DNA of 64,000 nucleotides from Plasmodiophora brassicae (Eukaryota): NCBI GenBank assembly GCA_036867785.1, contig CP145422.1, positions 1,054,001 to 1,118,000 of the forward strand, read 5' to 3'. Shown piece by piece: positions 62,004 to 64,000 of this stretch (position 1 is its first letter; each line of letters starts with the position of its first letter). The notes under the pieces were generated by a model. It saw only the letters and a program-made list of their open reading frames with translations, ran no database searches and was not told where the DNA came from. The position numbers and the translations under genes were made by a program.

Positions 62004-63917
62004 TTACTCTTTGACCATGGCAGAGGGTGTTGCTGTGATGTGCCGCCGGATTGTGTCGAGGACCGTCGCAGCGGTATCGATCAAGGCCATGTCCGTCGGC
62101 TGCTGTATGACGGCTTCGAGTTTGCCGATGAACGTCGTGTCGAGCGTTTCTGGGAACGTTCCGGCGCCGATTTGCACACGAACCAATGGCCACCATGTAA
62201 CCATACACTGCAACAGGCGAAGCAAATTCGCACGATGTATCATCAGTGCGCGATCAGCAGGCGGTGGTGGCCCAGGCGCTGCAGACGGCATGCCCAGAAT
62301 CAGATCTACGACAGGATCCGAAGGCTTACTGGTCGGGTTGACAATGTGAATGCGATGCAGAGGGTGCATGCGTTTATGCGCACCCTGGCACAATTCGCAT
62401 TCGTCGAAATCGTCGCAGTCGAAGCAGTGGTAGCGGGTTGACGAGAAACCCAGGTCCTTCCGACATACATCACAAGAGAACTGAACCGATACGCCCTGCA
62501 AGCGACTGATAGAATGGTGCAACGCATCCAAAGCTGACGGCGTCGTCGTTGGTTTCGACGTCCGGCAAAGACCATTAGACCTCTCGACGACGTCGGCCCA
62601 TGATATTGGTGACTCCAACCGCACCGGGGCCCACCTGCCGGGGAAAGAGGGTGGGGGTCCACCCATGGAAAATGCAGAGGATGCAGAGGACGCTGCGCGG
62701 GTTGACGATCCACCAAACAGACTTGAAGGCGGCACAGGCGGTGCTGCCGCGGAAGGCGCCGGTGAACCAAAGTACACAGGTACTGGCCCCACCGTTTGCG
62801 ACCCACACCCCGGCCTGGCTGGCGCTGAAGGCGCACAAGGCACATTGCGAATCGGCAGGCTTGCCGGATTCGGCGAACCGAAGAACCCGTGTGCCTGAGC
62901 AACAGCCGGAACCAAATGCGGATTCGGTGGGCGGACCAGACAAGGTTGTGGGTCGGGAGCCGCGTGCTCCATATCGATTGGTTCGTGAGGAATCGTGGTC
63001 TGCGCACGGCCAAGGTACGATGTCGAACCCGACGGCGCCGGCACGTTGAACGCGAACGACACGTCGTCTTCGATGCGGTCGCGCATGCGCTGGACCGCGA
63101 CACTGCCGTTCCAGACCACGTACTTCGAATCGGTCATGGCTGACATCCATTCGTATGCCAGATCTGCACCGGATAACGTTTCGTCAGCGACGCGAACATT
63201 CGTGCGGTCGTCAATGTTGCCGTTGATTACAACCCGGATCCGGCGAGATACCTCCTCAAAGTCGGGCAGGCGACTCACGACGTAGAGCATCAAGTCTTGG
63301 TCAACATCGGCCCCGACAATCTTCGCACCCACAGAATTCACGTCTGTGACGACGTCGGGCTTGTCGAACTGAAGTCGATTCCCAGCTTGAGCCGCGAGAA
63401 CTTGGACGCCTGATACGGTGATGTCGATCGGCTGTCGACGAAGAGCGGCAACCCACGCTGCAAATTCGATCCTGAAGATACGGTCCAGGCCAGGCTCGTC
63501 GACCTGCATCGACAGCAATGCAGGGCATGGGCCTAGAACGCGAGCCACTCGCGATGCGGTATCCTGACTGACCCAGGCCCCAAATCCGGTAACAACGCCA
63601 CCACAGACCTGCAATTCCCTGCACACCACTTCCAGGTCGTCCAGTACGGCATCAACCGGGCCATTATGCCCGCCGTCCGTATCAAAGTCGATGAACGTCT
63701 TGAGGTTCAGGGACTCGCCGGCGGCTTTAGCGAGCAGTGGTCGTGCCAGTTGCTTTGCACCTCGAACAGGCACCACGAAATCTGTGCCGCCGTTAGGACG
63801 AAGCCCAGACAGCCAGGCAAACAACTCGTTGACAGAATCGAGCGCCTGGCGCGTGGCGTCGTTCGTGAAACTGGACTGATGCAGAGATTCGGGGGCGTCT
63901 TTGACCCGAAATGACAC
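62004..63917 (-). CDS. Hypothetical protein with ZZ-type zinc finger (start and end may extend by splicing)
   Basis: 637-aa ORF; CDVC...RYHCFDCDDFDECELC...HPLHRI. Confidence 0.75.
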   Translation of the reverse strand: MSFRVKDAPESLHQSSFTNDATRQALDSVNELFAWLSGLRPNGGTDFVVPVRGAKQLARPLLAKAAGESLNLKTFIDFDTDGGHNGPVDAVLDDLEVVCRELQVCGGVVTGFGAWVSQDTASRVARVLGPCPALLSMQVDEPGLDRIFRIEFAAWVAALRRQPIDITVSGVQVLAAQAGNRLQFDKPDVVTDVNSVGAKIVGADVDQDLMLYVVSRLPDFEEVSRRIRVVINGNIDDRTNVRVADETLSGADLAYEWMSAMTDSKYVVWNGSVAVQRMRDRIEDDVSFAFNVPAPSGSTSYLGRAQTTIPHEPIDMEHAAPDPQPCLVRPPNPHLVPAVAQAHGFFGSPNPASLPIRNVPCAPSAPARPGCGSQTVGPVPVYFGSPAPSAAAPPVPPSSLFGGSSTRAASSASSAFSMGGPPPSFPGRWAPVRLESPISWADVVERSNGLCRTSKPTTTPSALDALHHSISRLQGVSVQFSCDVCRKDLGFSSTRYHCFDCDDFDECELCQGAHKRMHPLHRIHIVNPTSKPSDPVVDLILGMPSAAPGPPPPADRALMIHRANLLRLLQCMVTWWPLVRVQIGAGTFPETLDTTFIGKLEAVIQQPTDMALIDTAATVLDTIRRHITATPSAMVKE

Positions 63918-64000
63918 AAGACGGTGGCCCAGCAGCGTATGGTCAAATGCAATGACAAGTTCTGCCCAGATATCGTTGCCGTCGATGAGACCTGCATTCA

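Noticed and set aside
1-64000. tRNA, rRNA, CRISPR arrays or prokaryotic operons
   Set aside because: None recognised; the architecture is spliceosomal-eukaryotic. Small ncRNAs could be missed without a covariance-model search.

Overview
Gene-dense, GC-rich eukaryotic DNA. Genes carry many short (~50-70 nt) GT-AG introns with a CTGAC/CTAAC branch-point-like motif, so the ORF track fragments most of them. Flagellar/centriolar genes plus this architecture suggest a flagellated protist, possibly a plasmodiophorid such as Plasmodiophora (inference only). About 35 genes can be recognised by recalled motifs, with no database search run. They include eIF2-alpha, CEP41, WDR62/MAPKBP1-like, VPS11, CFAP95-like, TMEM18, eIF4G, a CDF zinc transporter, AADAT, adenylate kinase, RPS29, RPB10, an ABCG transporter, a FYVE protein, calcineurin B, thioredoxin reductase, a zf-4CXXC_R1 protein, GnT-I, a U2AF65-like protein, bL17m and a MyTH4-FERM protein. 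Three structures stand out. (1) A ~920-nt non-coding imperfect fold-back with a 20-nt loop (44877-45797) lies ~1 kb upstream of a gene encoding three DGCR8/Pasha-like dsRNA-binding domains, a candidate hairpin-RNA/small-RNA locus beside a possible processing cofactor. (2) A ~2.9-kb tandem duplication (PrsW protease + FAM151 + GT61) has a decayed Harbinger-type ORF at its junction, reciprocal gene decay and a near-identical FAM151 tract. (3) A ~1-kb TIR-bounded non-autonomous DNA transposon lies at 50888-51925. Multi-exon CDS coordinates are start-to-stop spans with hand-inferred splicing.
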